A DNA stretch of 45,826 bases from assembly GCA_010015805.1 (NCBI GenBank), contig ML978140.1, positions 372,001 to 417,826 on the forward strand, read 5' to 3'. The stretch is from Rhizodiscina lignyota. Taxonomy: Eukaryota. Made by a program: the position numbers and the translations under genes. Shown in pieces: positions 11,861 through 22,224 of this stretch. Within the stretch, counting starts at the first letter, position 1; every line of letters starts with the position of its first letter. The notes beneath the pieces are model-generated. The model was not told the origin of the DNA. It searched no databases and was given only the letters and a program-made list of their open reading frames with translations.

Positions 11861-13209
11861 GATGAATGTTAGGGAGGCGAATGCACGCTCGCTAGTCTAA
11901 AATCCTGGGGTATAATTGACGAAACAGAAAAGCTTCCGGCGCCGAGAGTAGCTTTGTATTTCTTATTGATTCTGCGGTAGCAGAGGTGTTCCAGTTGTGC
12001 GGGTTTGTCGTCAGCTATCCATTTTGTGGAGCTATATCTGCACAACAGAGAGTTAAGCCTCACACTGACGCAATCGTACAATTGATAATGATTCCAACGC
12101 AAACAGAAAAGATGACCAACCTTCTTGATCTCGCAAGCACACGTCCACCGCCGGCCAGATGAGATGTCGCAAGAGAGGGGAAGAGAGGGCAGCGCTGGAG
12201 ATTGCGCGGCGTGGGATCATCTTATGGTAATGTCGCTGGCGTGCGTTCGCGCCTTCCAAGGCCTAGGAGGCTGAAAGACATGGGGGGTGGGGCATGCAGA
12301 ACCGGACCTCTCCACCGTCCAGTGTGCAGACAGAGGGCAAAGCAAGCTGATTCAAGCGGCAGATCAATCAACAGGGCACCCGAGATGCCGCAATGTCGCG
12401 GTTGACAAACTCGCCCGCCCTTCCCGGCACGCTTCGAAATGACGTTGGCACTGCTTGTGGGGGTTTGATGTGCCGTCAGCGAACAGCACAATCGACCCAA
12501 TTTTCGCTCTCTGCTGGCTCAGTTGGTTCGCCGGCCGGTGCTGGACGGGCTCACGGTCAGTCATGTGGTGTGGAGAGCTGTTTCGAACTGCAGCGCAGCC
12601 ACAGTGCGGAGCTCAAACATGCAGCGACACACGGGCGCTTGCCGGGTTCAGGATAAATGCAGATGATGGCAGAATGATGATTCCTCGGATTACGCTCAAT
12701 CTTGCATTTTCTGCCATGTTTTCCAGCAATCCAGCATTGCTAGCGCCGCACGGCCAGTGCTCTCGGCAGCGCTTCTCCACAAAACCGGCAGCAAAGCCAC
12801 ACCTCCACGACGCGCGTTTCCTCTTTGCGCGGCGGCACGAGTCGCTGCATCTCTACAGCATCCACGTGCCCTATCTGCTCGTGCTCACAGCTTCCAAGGT
12901 CCGGAGTTGCATCCGGCAATCAGGTCGACAGCACTCTCTTTCTCACTGCCATTAAGGTAGGTCTGCTTATCGTTGTCGGCATCCTCTTCGAGGCATTAAT
13001 GAAGAAGGGACATGTGACAAATTGCTGTGGCTATCCCGGCCATGTCAGCGAGTCATGACCGAGAGATCGTTTATTGGGCGTAACTCTTTTTTGCTTGACG
13101 CATTTCCATAGCTTCCTTTTTGATGAAGATTTCATCTGGACTGTGCTCATTCGTGCACGGAAATGATAGATTTGTTTGGATCTCTAACTTTTAGCACCCC
13201 AACCGTTCA

Positions 13210-14622
13210 TCAATATCCCCTACCTCTATTGACAACGTTGAGCAGCGTCTCACCCCTCTGCAGTCTCCCAATGTTAATACCTAAGATATCCACACTGCGT
13301 CTAATGTATCCCGTCGCCGCACCGCTAACATGCGGTGTGATCGTCACATTCGGCAGCTGCCACAATTCATGGTTGTCCGGAAGAGGCTCTGGATTTGTAA
13401 CGTCTAGGGCCGCACCGCGAAGTGATCCCTCCACCGAGCCCGGCGAGTTTTTTAAGTACCGTATGAGCGCGTCCTGATCAATGACCTCGCCCCTTCCAAT
13501 GTTGGACACGAAAGCCTGGCGCTTTTGCGCGAGGATACGAAATTCGGCGTCACCCAGCATTTTGCGGGTCTGCGGCGTAGCTGGCACAGTGACAACGAGA
13601 ACGTCAATGTCTTGTTCAAGGAAGTTGTGCAGACTAGCCTTGTCCAGACCGGAGTACCAAGCCGATGGGATTAAGCCGTCCGGATCGCCGGAGCCAGGCT
13701 CGAAGTAAGTCGTGTCTCGCCTGGATTCTGGTGTGCGTTTCTCCGAGCCTGTGAATGCAATGACGTCCATTCCGAAGCCCTGTGCGGCTTGCGCGATGTG
13801 ACGGCCAATGCTGCCATAGCCAAGGATGCCCATTCGTTGACCCCTAGGTTTCATGAGCTTTTTTTCTCTACTAGGATACAAGAACTAGGGCTCAAACGTA
13901 CCTCAGCTCTGTCGCTCTGCCATAGTGATCCGCAAAGTATCCCCAGCGCGATTCATCTTGCCACTTGAGCATCGTCTTGAATTGATGTGTCTGCGCAAGA
14001 AGCGTCAAAAAAACCCATTCTGCTATCTGAGGCCCGTGGCAACCAGAACTGCTCGTCATGACTACCTCAGGGTGGGCGAACCACGGCGTGGATGCGAGGT
14101 GTTCTGTCCCGGCAGAGTAGACGTGCACGTATCGAAGCCTTGGTGCTTCCTCGGGTTTTGGAAGCATACGGAGCGTCATCAGAGATGTGACGTCTTGGAA
14201 TATGCCTGCATGGACGTTTAGATGAGGTTTGCTACGGAAAGGTGATGCGGTGTACCTGGTGGAAGTGGAGTATCATTCTGCCACGCATTGAGAGGGTGAA
14301 CTTTTTGATCAATCCATGTGAGCTTTAGGCCTGGGATTGATTCGCGAAGCTCGTTGGTATATTCTTCTGGCTCTGAGAAGGGAAGGATGCAAAGGACATT
14401 TTCACCGCTCAAATCTACATTTGTTCCTCCAGTGCCCACCTGAGATGATCTGGCAGACTTAGAAAATGACCGTAGAATTTGACGCTTCGCTGTTACGGAC
14501 AACTGTGCTTGAAGACACGCCCTACATGAGGAACATTCACTTTTGGAGTACGCTGAGAGCAACGATGGCCTGAGCATGCGCTGCAGCAGGCATTGACGGT
14601 GGAAAAGGGAGAACGACGACAT
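13210..14622 (-). CDS. D-isomer-specific 2-hydroxyacid dehydrogenase, ~434 aa, exons 14622-14256, 14205-13902, 13843-13210 (start uncertain; alternative ATG at 14577)
   Basis: Rossmann motif GILGYGSIG, NIGRG, LDVTNPEPLP, catalytic TPHVSG, substrate-domain SSSGCHGPQIAEWV. Introns of 50 and 58 nt restore the frame. Confidence 0.9.
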
Positions 14623-15331
14623 GATAGCAGTGCCAGCCGCAACGCCAAATACACTATGGAAAGACGCTTCGCTGGTTTTGAAAGAGTGCTTGAGAAAGGG
14701 AGAGACAAAGCCTTCGAATGAGGGTTTGACACCGTTCGCTATCGGTCTCACGCCCTACGACAACTATCCTGGAAGCTCTTGGCCGTCCATGCTCCCTGAA
14801 GCGACTCTAACCGCGATGTAGACAGTATATAGACCCGGTTCCGCGGAAAGATGAGAAGGGAACAGGCGTGGAACAGCTGTAAAGGTTAAGAGATGGAAGA
14901 AGGTAAAGAGGAGAGGTCGATAAAAGTGGAGACGAGGAAACTGACGATTGCCTGATTCGGAACGGCCTGATTTCGCGGGGATTACCATCAGGATATATAT
15001 TGTATTTCACATTTCAAAGAGACAGTGAAGAAAAGTGTTATTACGATGATAAATGCTTGAAATCTCACCTAAAATTTTGGAATGTCGCCTGGAAGATCGT
15101 CGAATGCAGTGCTCCAATAAAGTTCGCCCATTTCTAAAACGTCATGAGCACTACGTCATTTGTGTACGAAACCGTACGCGTGAGCAGTTTCCAGCCTTGT
15201 ACCTTGCGCATATAAAGAGAAACACTCCTGTTTCCTTATCTTCAAACTCCTGCGAAATTTTCTATACCATCCAAAGCAGAATCGACTACTCAAAATCAGA
15301 ACCCGAATCATTCCCACTTCAAACATACAAC

Positions 15332-15638
15332 ATGCCTCTCGTTGTTCCCGGCATCACGAACAAGGGTAACTCCCAGACCGAGAAGTGGCAGAACGACCTT
15401 ATGGGTAAGAAGATTGGCGATGCCTCAAATGAGACCGTGAGTCGCTCCATTTCTTCAATAGCTGGACTCAAATGTACCCAATTCGGCTTACTCTTCTTAG
15501 ACATTCGCGAAGAAAGACCTCCCATCCGAGAGCCGGGTCATCAAGGAGGGCGATATGTTCACGCAAGACCACAAGCCAGATCGACTGAACATCCATGTCG
15601 GAGACGACGGCACTGTCAACAAAGTCACTCATGGTTAG
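15332..15638 (+). CDS. Small (80 aa) peptidase inhibitor I78-like protein, exons 15332-15436, 15501-15638
   Basis: Spliced product MPLVVPGI...WQNDLMGKKIGDASNET|TFAKKDLPSESRVIKEGDMFTQDHKPDRLNIHVGDDGTVNKVTHG*. The RV..G...T.D...DRLN pattern is that of the I78/potato-I fold. TATAAA at 15211. Confidence 0.8.
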
Positions 15639-16332
15639 GTCCGAGGAGAGGCATTCGTTCTGAGTTGTGTGCTCGGCCTACTTTAATATTTTCGTTAGAT
15701 ACGATATGATGAATAGACGTCACCCAAGTTCAACCTTGTTAGAATCTATCAGTCCATTTGTCAGAAGTGAGTTTACTGTGAGCATCCGATGCGTTAAGAA
15801 CTTGCCATCATATAACTCCATTGTCTGTCCACGCGGGCATCCGCTTGTAGCGATCTGAGACCTATTTATCACTCTTTGAAGAAACATATTGGCTGATTAT
15901 CTCATAAATCACACCCCTAACCCTAGCGAAGTGGCGCCTTACTATACGATACGATAAGCGAGAATCTGAGTGGCGCTTCGTCACGTCACTTCAACTCCCC
16001 CTTTGACCTGCATATTATCAGCACGAGCATTTCTCAAATCGCGAGGCTGAAATCTGGGCTATAGCGGTTGTGTACATATAGTTCTGTATCATGAGGCTTG
16101 GATCCTGCTGCCTGCCAATATCTGTTGGCGCCCGACCCCTGTCCTCTACAATCCTGCGAGGCGTAATCCAGCCTCGCGCGCGAACCCTCTGGTATATCTA
16201 GTTTTGATTGTCCCATATACTCGTTGACTCTTCCGTATACATGTTCCATTGCGTCAGAGGCTAGTTTTAATCTCAAACTCAGATGTTCCATCACCCCTCG
16301 GTGACCAGCCTACCCAAGCCTCCGTATCCTCG

Positions 16333-17611
16333 ATGAGCCACAATTCTACGTTCAGCAATGCTGCGCTCACATGCAATTTCACGTCAGTTGGCGAGGTCTT
16401 CACTACCGCCAATGCCACAAATCAGAGTGTGACGGGAATAGTACAAAAATGCCCAGACGTTTGCGCCCTAACATGGGGCGTTGGCAATCCCGACCTCTCT
16501 GGAATCGGAGTAAGGACCAAAAACCGCGTTATGCATCCTGGCTAATCTTGCAAAAGGTCCTCATCGCCTACATCTCTCAGACAGTTTTAACGCTTCTCTT
16601 CGGCCCGATACTACTAAGCGGCGTAATAATCGCCAAAAGGCTCCTCCGGCCAGATGACGAGTTCAAAACGACCTGCGACCTGCAATCTCAGTTCCATGCC
16701 ATTTCTGGACTTTTTTCTCTTCCGGTGACAGTCGCGGCTATTGTTCGCGTGCATCAGGGCGCGACGCTCTTCGAGCTGAGTTTCATGCAGTCGCTTTTAT
16801 TGACGCAAATCCTCGGTTCGCTATCCGACTTCTCCACCATGACTGGCGTGCTCGGCACAATGACTGGACTAAAAGAGTGCGCCCGAGGGAAAAAGAAATT
16901 CGTAGAAATCACAAAAGGGGATGAGTGGGCCGGGAGAGGTGTAAAGCGCCTCCTATTATTGCTCACCCAAATCACTCTATATTCAGTATTCTTAACACCA
17001 TTCAGTATATCAGAGGACTCCTTGACGAGTTATAAAGAATACTTCAAGGCATGCCCAAAATACAGCAGTCTGTCTCCTGTTTTGATATTCTCAAGCGATG
17101 CAGATTCACCGTTCTGGAATTACCTTATAACTATTTGCCTTGTTCTCGTCGGGGCACTCTTCATTGGCTATGGGGCCTGTTGGCTCATCGTTCTGGATCC
17201 ACTTATCGCTATAGCCATCTCTCTCGGTCTATGTGGCGGAGTTGTATTCTACACGATAAACATGTATAAGAAAAGGTTGTTGCTTCGGACGCTTGTTGGG
17301 CCTCAGGATCAAGACAATGAATGGGGATTTGGGCAAGTCGTTCCTTTTTTCCTCTGGCTACCGCTATTGGTCAGATCTTTCGAGATTCCTGTCAAGGCTT
17401 GTATGTCTTTGGTAAGTTTGACCACTTTGTGAACAAGGCCACTGCTAACCAGTGTCGTCATGCTTAGGATCCAGAGGATTCTCGGGACAATAGCTCCAGT
17501 GTGGAGGAGGGTTTAGCGGCCGATTCGGCCACGATTGGGCGCTCTTCCCTTGCTGCTGGTGGCCGAGAAGTTGACAGTAGCAGTGTTAGATATAGACGGA
17601 GGTCGATATGA
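16333..17611 (+). CDS. Uncharacterised ~7-TM fungal membrane protein (NPDLSGIGV...WGFGQ family), ~391 aa, exons 16333-16509, 16557-17411, 17468-17611
   Basis: Splicing joins GNPDLSGIG|VLIAY. About seven hydrophobic segments, with QDNEWGFGQVVP before the last helix. The last exon depends on which donor is used. Confidence 0.8.
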
Positions 17612-17916
17612 AATTTTTAGAATCTGAGTACCGTAGCTTTGGGCTTCCTCGTTGTACCCTAAAGACGGCCGCTAACCCTCCACGGCAAGGAGTGGATACC
17701 TCTCCACAGGGTTAATCTGGTTAATCTGACTGAGGCGTTGTTTGCAAAGGAGGAGAAAAGTGCCTTCGTGGGTCTATCGGTCGTAGCAAAGCCGTGCGCT
17801 GATAGACGAAGCCACGGCGTTCTTGGCGTACAACGAGGAAGCCCAAAAGCTACGGTAGTATCACGTGGATGCGCGTTTATCACGTGATTACTCGCACTCC
17901 CAACTTCCAGGTTTGG

Positions 17917-17922
17917 ACGCGT
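17917..17922. promoter_or_regulatory. MCB element (ACGCGT) just upstream of the UBA-protein gene
   Basis: Exact ACGCGT 45 nt before ATG 17967, a second ACGCGT in intron 1 (18136-18141), and two CACGTG sites just upstream. Confidence 0.35.
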
Positions 17923-17966
17923 GCCCAACTACAGTCTGGTCTATGTATGCCAATGCGAAACACACA

Positions 17967-20713
17967 ATGAGGAACGAAGTGCAAGACTCCGACGATGACG
18001 AAGATTTATCAAGCCCAATTCATGCTCCTCTGAACGCGAAAAATCCTGATGACAATGTGGAAGTTGAGGATGCCTTGAATGCGTCGCTAAATGGCACAAG
18101 CTCCACAGGTGCGTCATACACTTATTCATCTCTTCACGCGTCAATGCATTTAACTACATATTAGAGTTACTCCGACGCGGCATCCAAGAAGCAAAAGACG
18201 CGCTTTTCGCTTCTAATAGCGCCTCGAAGCGCCCTCGAGGCTCCCAGGACGACGCGATGGCGAGTGCAAATTCCTCGACTGCGCAACGCGCCAAGCGGCG
18301 AAAGACGACGGCAGATGTCGAGGTGGCGCCGACATTATCAGCGAAGAAGCTTGAGCGGAGGAAGACGGTCAAGACGTACGGCCAGACGAAGTCTTCAGGA
18401 CAACCACGGTCAGAGGCAGGCAGCAGCGCGTTTGAAGCGTTGAAAGGGCCGGATGACAATACCTCGACGAGCCAAAGTTCGACACGACACGAGTCTGAAT
18501 ATATAAGCGCGCATGAGGCCATTGAACAAGCGCTAGCACCCCTCGAGTCCGAGTATACCAGTGCGCAGGAGATGATCGGACAAGCGCCCGGAGACCAAGG
18601 CGAAGGATGGAATCTCCCACCGACAATGCTACAAGAGTTCGCGGAGCACTCACCGGGGATGTTTCCTTCCGACGTGCAACAGTCAAGTACGGTCCCCGAA
18701 GACACAATGGTGCAGAGACAGCTTCTCGACGACGCCCTGTACATGACGATTGTGAATGGCGCGGGAAACATTCCGTCCGCACGGCCAGCCAGTACGGCTA
18801 GTTCGTCGTTGCATTTGTCGCAATTTCTGACTACCCAATCGGCGAAGAGTCCATCAGTAGCAAAATCAGATCCATCCAAATCTCCAGAGAAGCACAGTGA
18901 GGGATTGTCTAGTGACATCATTTCAAAGGGGCTACCAGATTCGGTTCCCGGCAAGATGGGACCGCCGCCGTTGAACAACGGAACCCCACAACGTCGTGGG
19001 CTTCGATCTGCCACGCCCAAGGTCTCGCCAGCTCAGCAAAGTGAATCTCCGGCTCACAATATGCGCTCTACAACACCACAGGGCTCTCCTCCAACCAGGT
19101 CTTCGGGCCGCCTGCGGCGTACAAAGACGTGCAGTGATGTCAAACCTTTTCCTTCCCAAATTCCCGCGCCGTTGCTTGAGGAAGCCCAGTCTAGTAGTAG
19201 ACAAATGGACCCACTGACTGAAGTTGATGATCTACTGGTCCGATCAAGTCGCAAACGAGCTATATCAAATATTGAAAAGGACGAGGCGCAGGCCAATGTA
19301 GATAGCGAGAGAGCTGCTTTAATGAGCGAATCCAACGAGTTACCTGTCCAACCAATCAGCAGAGGAGCAGCAAAAAACCCCGAAAGTGATAATGCAATCA
19401 CTATAGGCAGCAAACGAGCTCCATCGGAGGTTGAGGACAATGGGTTACCGGCGGCCCCAAGTCGCAAACGTGGCCGACCAGAGTCTCTAAAGAAGTCAAA
19501 AGACAAGCTGCCCGTCGCAGGTTCCGATGAACTTAACTCGGATGATATTGCGGCTATCGGCCTTCCAAAAGAGCAATACAAACCTCGTTTAAGCCGACGT
19601 CGCTCTGAGCAAGTCACGTCTCTCGACGACATCGATTACTCCAAAGTGCCTGAGCGCGCAGCAAGGGCGAGGGCCAAGCGCCGAAAGACGGTCGATCCAG
19701 CAGCGATGGGAGAAGTTTCTACCGAAAGTCCTAACAAGGCCAAGGTTGACATGGTGTCCAGCATGGGTTTCACTCCTGCAAGAGCCAAGAAGGCGTTGCA
19801 GGAGAGCAATGGCAGTATGGAAGCGGCGGTGGAGTCGTTGATCACTGGCCCAAAAACGAGGTCGAAGGACGAGGCTTCGAAACTCACTGTGGATCTACAG
19901 GATGAGAGTGAAATTGCTGTCAAGTCTCCTGAGGAGCAACTACAGCAGACTGAGAAAAGGGAGCAGTCATTCGGTTCAGGAAGAGGCAAGAGAGTTCTCG
20001 AATGCGTCGAGATCCCTTCAAAATTGGCTCTTTCTGCTGTGGAAGAAGCCGGTGTACCGGCCGAAACAACATTGAATCCTGGTCCTGGAGAATCTTTGCA
20101 GCCTATAAAGAAGAGAAGAAGCCAGCCAAAGAAGGTAGAGCAAAAAGAGGTCGTGCTAGAAGAACCTATTACAGATGATACAGCCCAAGCCCCGCCCAAA
20201 ATTGACGAGGATGAGCTACCGACCACCAAAAATGCAATTCCAGCGGACGTTGACGAGCCTGACGATTCGCCGCCGAAGAAAAGAGGCCGTAGGCAACCTC
20301 GTTCTATCCAAACGTCCGAGACCAAGCAGCTTGAAGTCCATCGCGACAAAGCTGATGCACTACCTGACATTGATAGCAACAACGATGGCTCGGCTCCCAA
20401 AGCAAGCGCCTCTCGCGACGCACTCGCCGAAGTCGACGCAAATACGAAAATCTCGGAAGCGACTCCAGTTCAAGACCAGGAGTTGAAGAGTGACCCGCCT
20501 CCAGCAACGCCAGAGCAAGTGCACAAGAACGCGACACCTGTCACACCGACGTCTAGACCGAGAGATGCGGCTCCCAACGGCACGTCCTCAGAAAGCGCGA
20601 ATGCGAGAAACTCTGCGCAGCATTCTCCGATCAGCAAGGGCAAGGTGCCGTACAGGGTGGGTTTGAGCAGGAGGGCGAGAATTCAGCCGCTGTTGAGAAC
20701 ATTGAAGAAGTAA
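17967..20713 (+). CDS. Largely disordered nuclear protein with UBA domain, AT-hook-like motif and conserved C-terminal RVGLSRRARIQPLL motif, ~896 aa, exons 17967-18108, 18165-20713 (alternative ATG 17943)
   Basis: UBA signature VSSMGFTPARAKKALQESNGSMEAAVESL, plus RKRGRP, GLPKEQYKPR and several basic NLS-like clusters. Intron 18109-18164 links MRNEVQDSDDDE... to the 818-aa ORF. Confidence 0.82.
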
Positions 20714-21102
20714 AGTATTATCTGTGCTCTTGGCTGAGTTTGTAAGTCATGATTGACGATGTATGTTGCACGATTGCTTTATTTGTGGTCGACAGAGGCC
20801 CAAGTATAGCTACTTACGTAGGAAGAATCCACAAGAGCATATTCCTTAACGTTGAGTCTCCTCTATCTTCCGGAATATTCTTAATGCCTGAAGGATTTTC
20901 ACTGGCTATGCACCCGCCCGAAGTGAACAATTGTTTGCTTGTAACAGTCACTTGACAGCTTGGCTGCCCCGGCTTGTAACAGGCTTACGTATAGTTGCAC
21001 GACCTCTCACTTCTGTGCTCATAGCATCTTCATTCCTTCGATTTGCGCCGCCCATGTCATTGAGTACAGCCATTTTGCGACTAATCACTATTGCACTACG
21101 GG

Positions 21103-21933
21103 ATGATGGACGAGCAGAGGAGATTCTATCATAACCTTCCAAAAATCAACATTGACGGACACTCGAATGAATCTCGATGGGCACATTGGAAGTTTGGGCT
21201 GACACATACGTTCCAGGAAACAAGCGAAACGCACGACGAAGAGCCCGAGTCTGACCCTGATGCGAGACGTCCACACCGCCGAAACAGAAGCCAAAGAAAA
21301 AGCCAAGAGAGGAAACTGTCATCATTGATCCAAGCCCCCTCAGAGCAGCGGAACAAGAAGCGGAAGCGACAAACAGAGATTCCAACAGAGGAGTCTGAGA
21401 TAGTCACGGAAGAGCACAAGAAGGCGAGGGTGGAATCTCATCGACCACGGTCCGGAAGTCCCTCTGCTGAGCATTCAAAGTCGCAATCACAGCCTCGAAA
21501 GTCGCAGTGGGAAGACACTGAAAATTTGAAGGAGAAGATAGAGAAGAGGAAGGAAGAGAGGGAAGAGACGCTGAAGAGGCTGACAAGGAACGGGCCCAAG
21601 GGACTGTTGCAGAGGAAATGGCCTCCTGGTGAAAGTCACATCGATAAATACTATGGTCGTAGTTGGAGTTGTAGTATGTGCTTTGCTGATGATACAGGAA
21701 TGGAATTTGTTGACAGCGTTGGACTGCCTGTATCATATTGGTTCATGGCTATGATGTCTGGTGTGGTAATCATGAGCCTTCTTCCACATTCACAGCCCGT
21801 TTCATGGCGGCTGTGCGTTGGGCTCCCCAGGCCAGGGATGATGCTAAGGTCCGGTCGTCAGTGGAAAGGCCTGATACGCTTTACGCGCAGGCAAAAATGC
21901 CAAGAAAATAATCGCGCGCTAAGCCGAATCTAG
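21103..21933 (+). CDS. Hypothetical K/R/E-rich protein; exon structure unresolved (possible intron near 21674-21716)
   Basis: Open frame of about 277 codons with a charged, NLS-like core (RNKKRKRQ). The 3' part looks intron-interrupted. No family recognised. Confidence 0.4.
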   Translation: MMDEQRRFYHNLPKINIDGHSNESRWAHWKFGLTHTFQETSETHDEEPESDPDARRPHRRNRSQRKSQERKLSSLIQAPSEQRNKKRKRQTEIPTEESEIVTEEHKKARVESHRPRSGSPSAEHSKSQSQPRKSQWEDTENLKEKIEKRKEEREETLKRLTRNGPKGLLQRKWPPGESHIDKYYGRSWSCSMCFADDTGMEFVDSVGLPVSYWFMAMMSGVVIMSLLPHSQPVSWRLCVGLPRPGMMLRSGRQWKGLIRFTRRQKCQENNRALSRI

Positions 21934-22224
21934 CTGATCCGAAGATAGGCCGGCGGTGATCCGACCTAATATATATTTTCCCACAACAACGCGCTCTCTT
22001 TCCCTTCTCACAACTTTGCACAACAACACAGTCGTACATGCACGCGACTGTACTATCGGCCCAACCCAACTATAAGCAAACATATCATAAGTGATCTTGC
22101 CTTGTCGTTGCATTTTGTGTCCGTACACCCATTTCACCAAAAATGAAGTTTACCAGCCTTCTAGGTTTACAGACGCGTCGATCGCTCTGCGACTTTGACG
22201 CGAGCCACCGTGGCAGACGTCGAG

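Noticed and set aside
15915..15925. CCCTAACCCTA telomere-like sequence
   Set aside because: Fewer than two full units, which is expected by chance or as an ordinary promoter motif.
18154..20400. Long antisense ORFs (288, 192, 254 aa), and similar ones opposite GH79, Upf3 and the WD40 gene
   Set aside because: Shadows of real sense-strand CDSs with low-complexity mirror composition.
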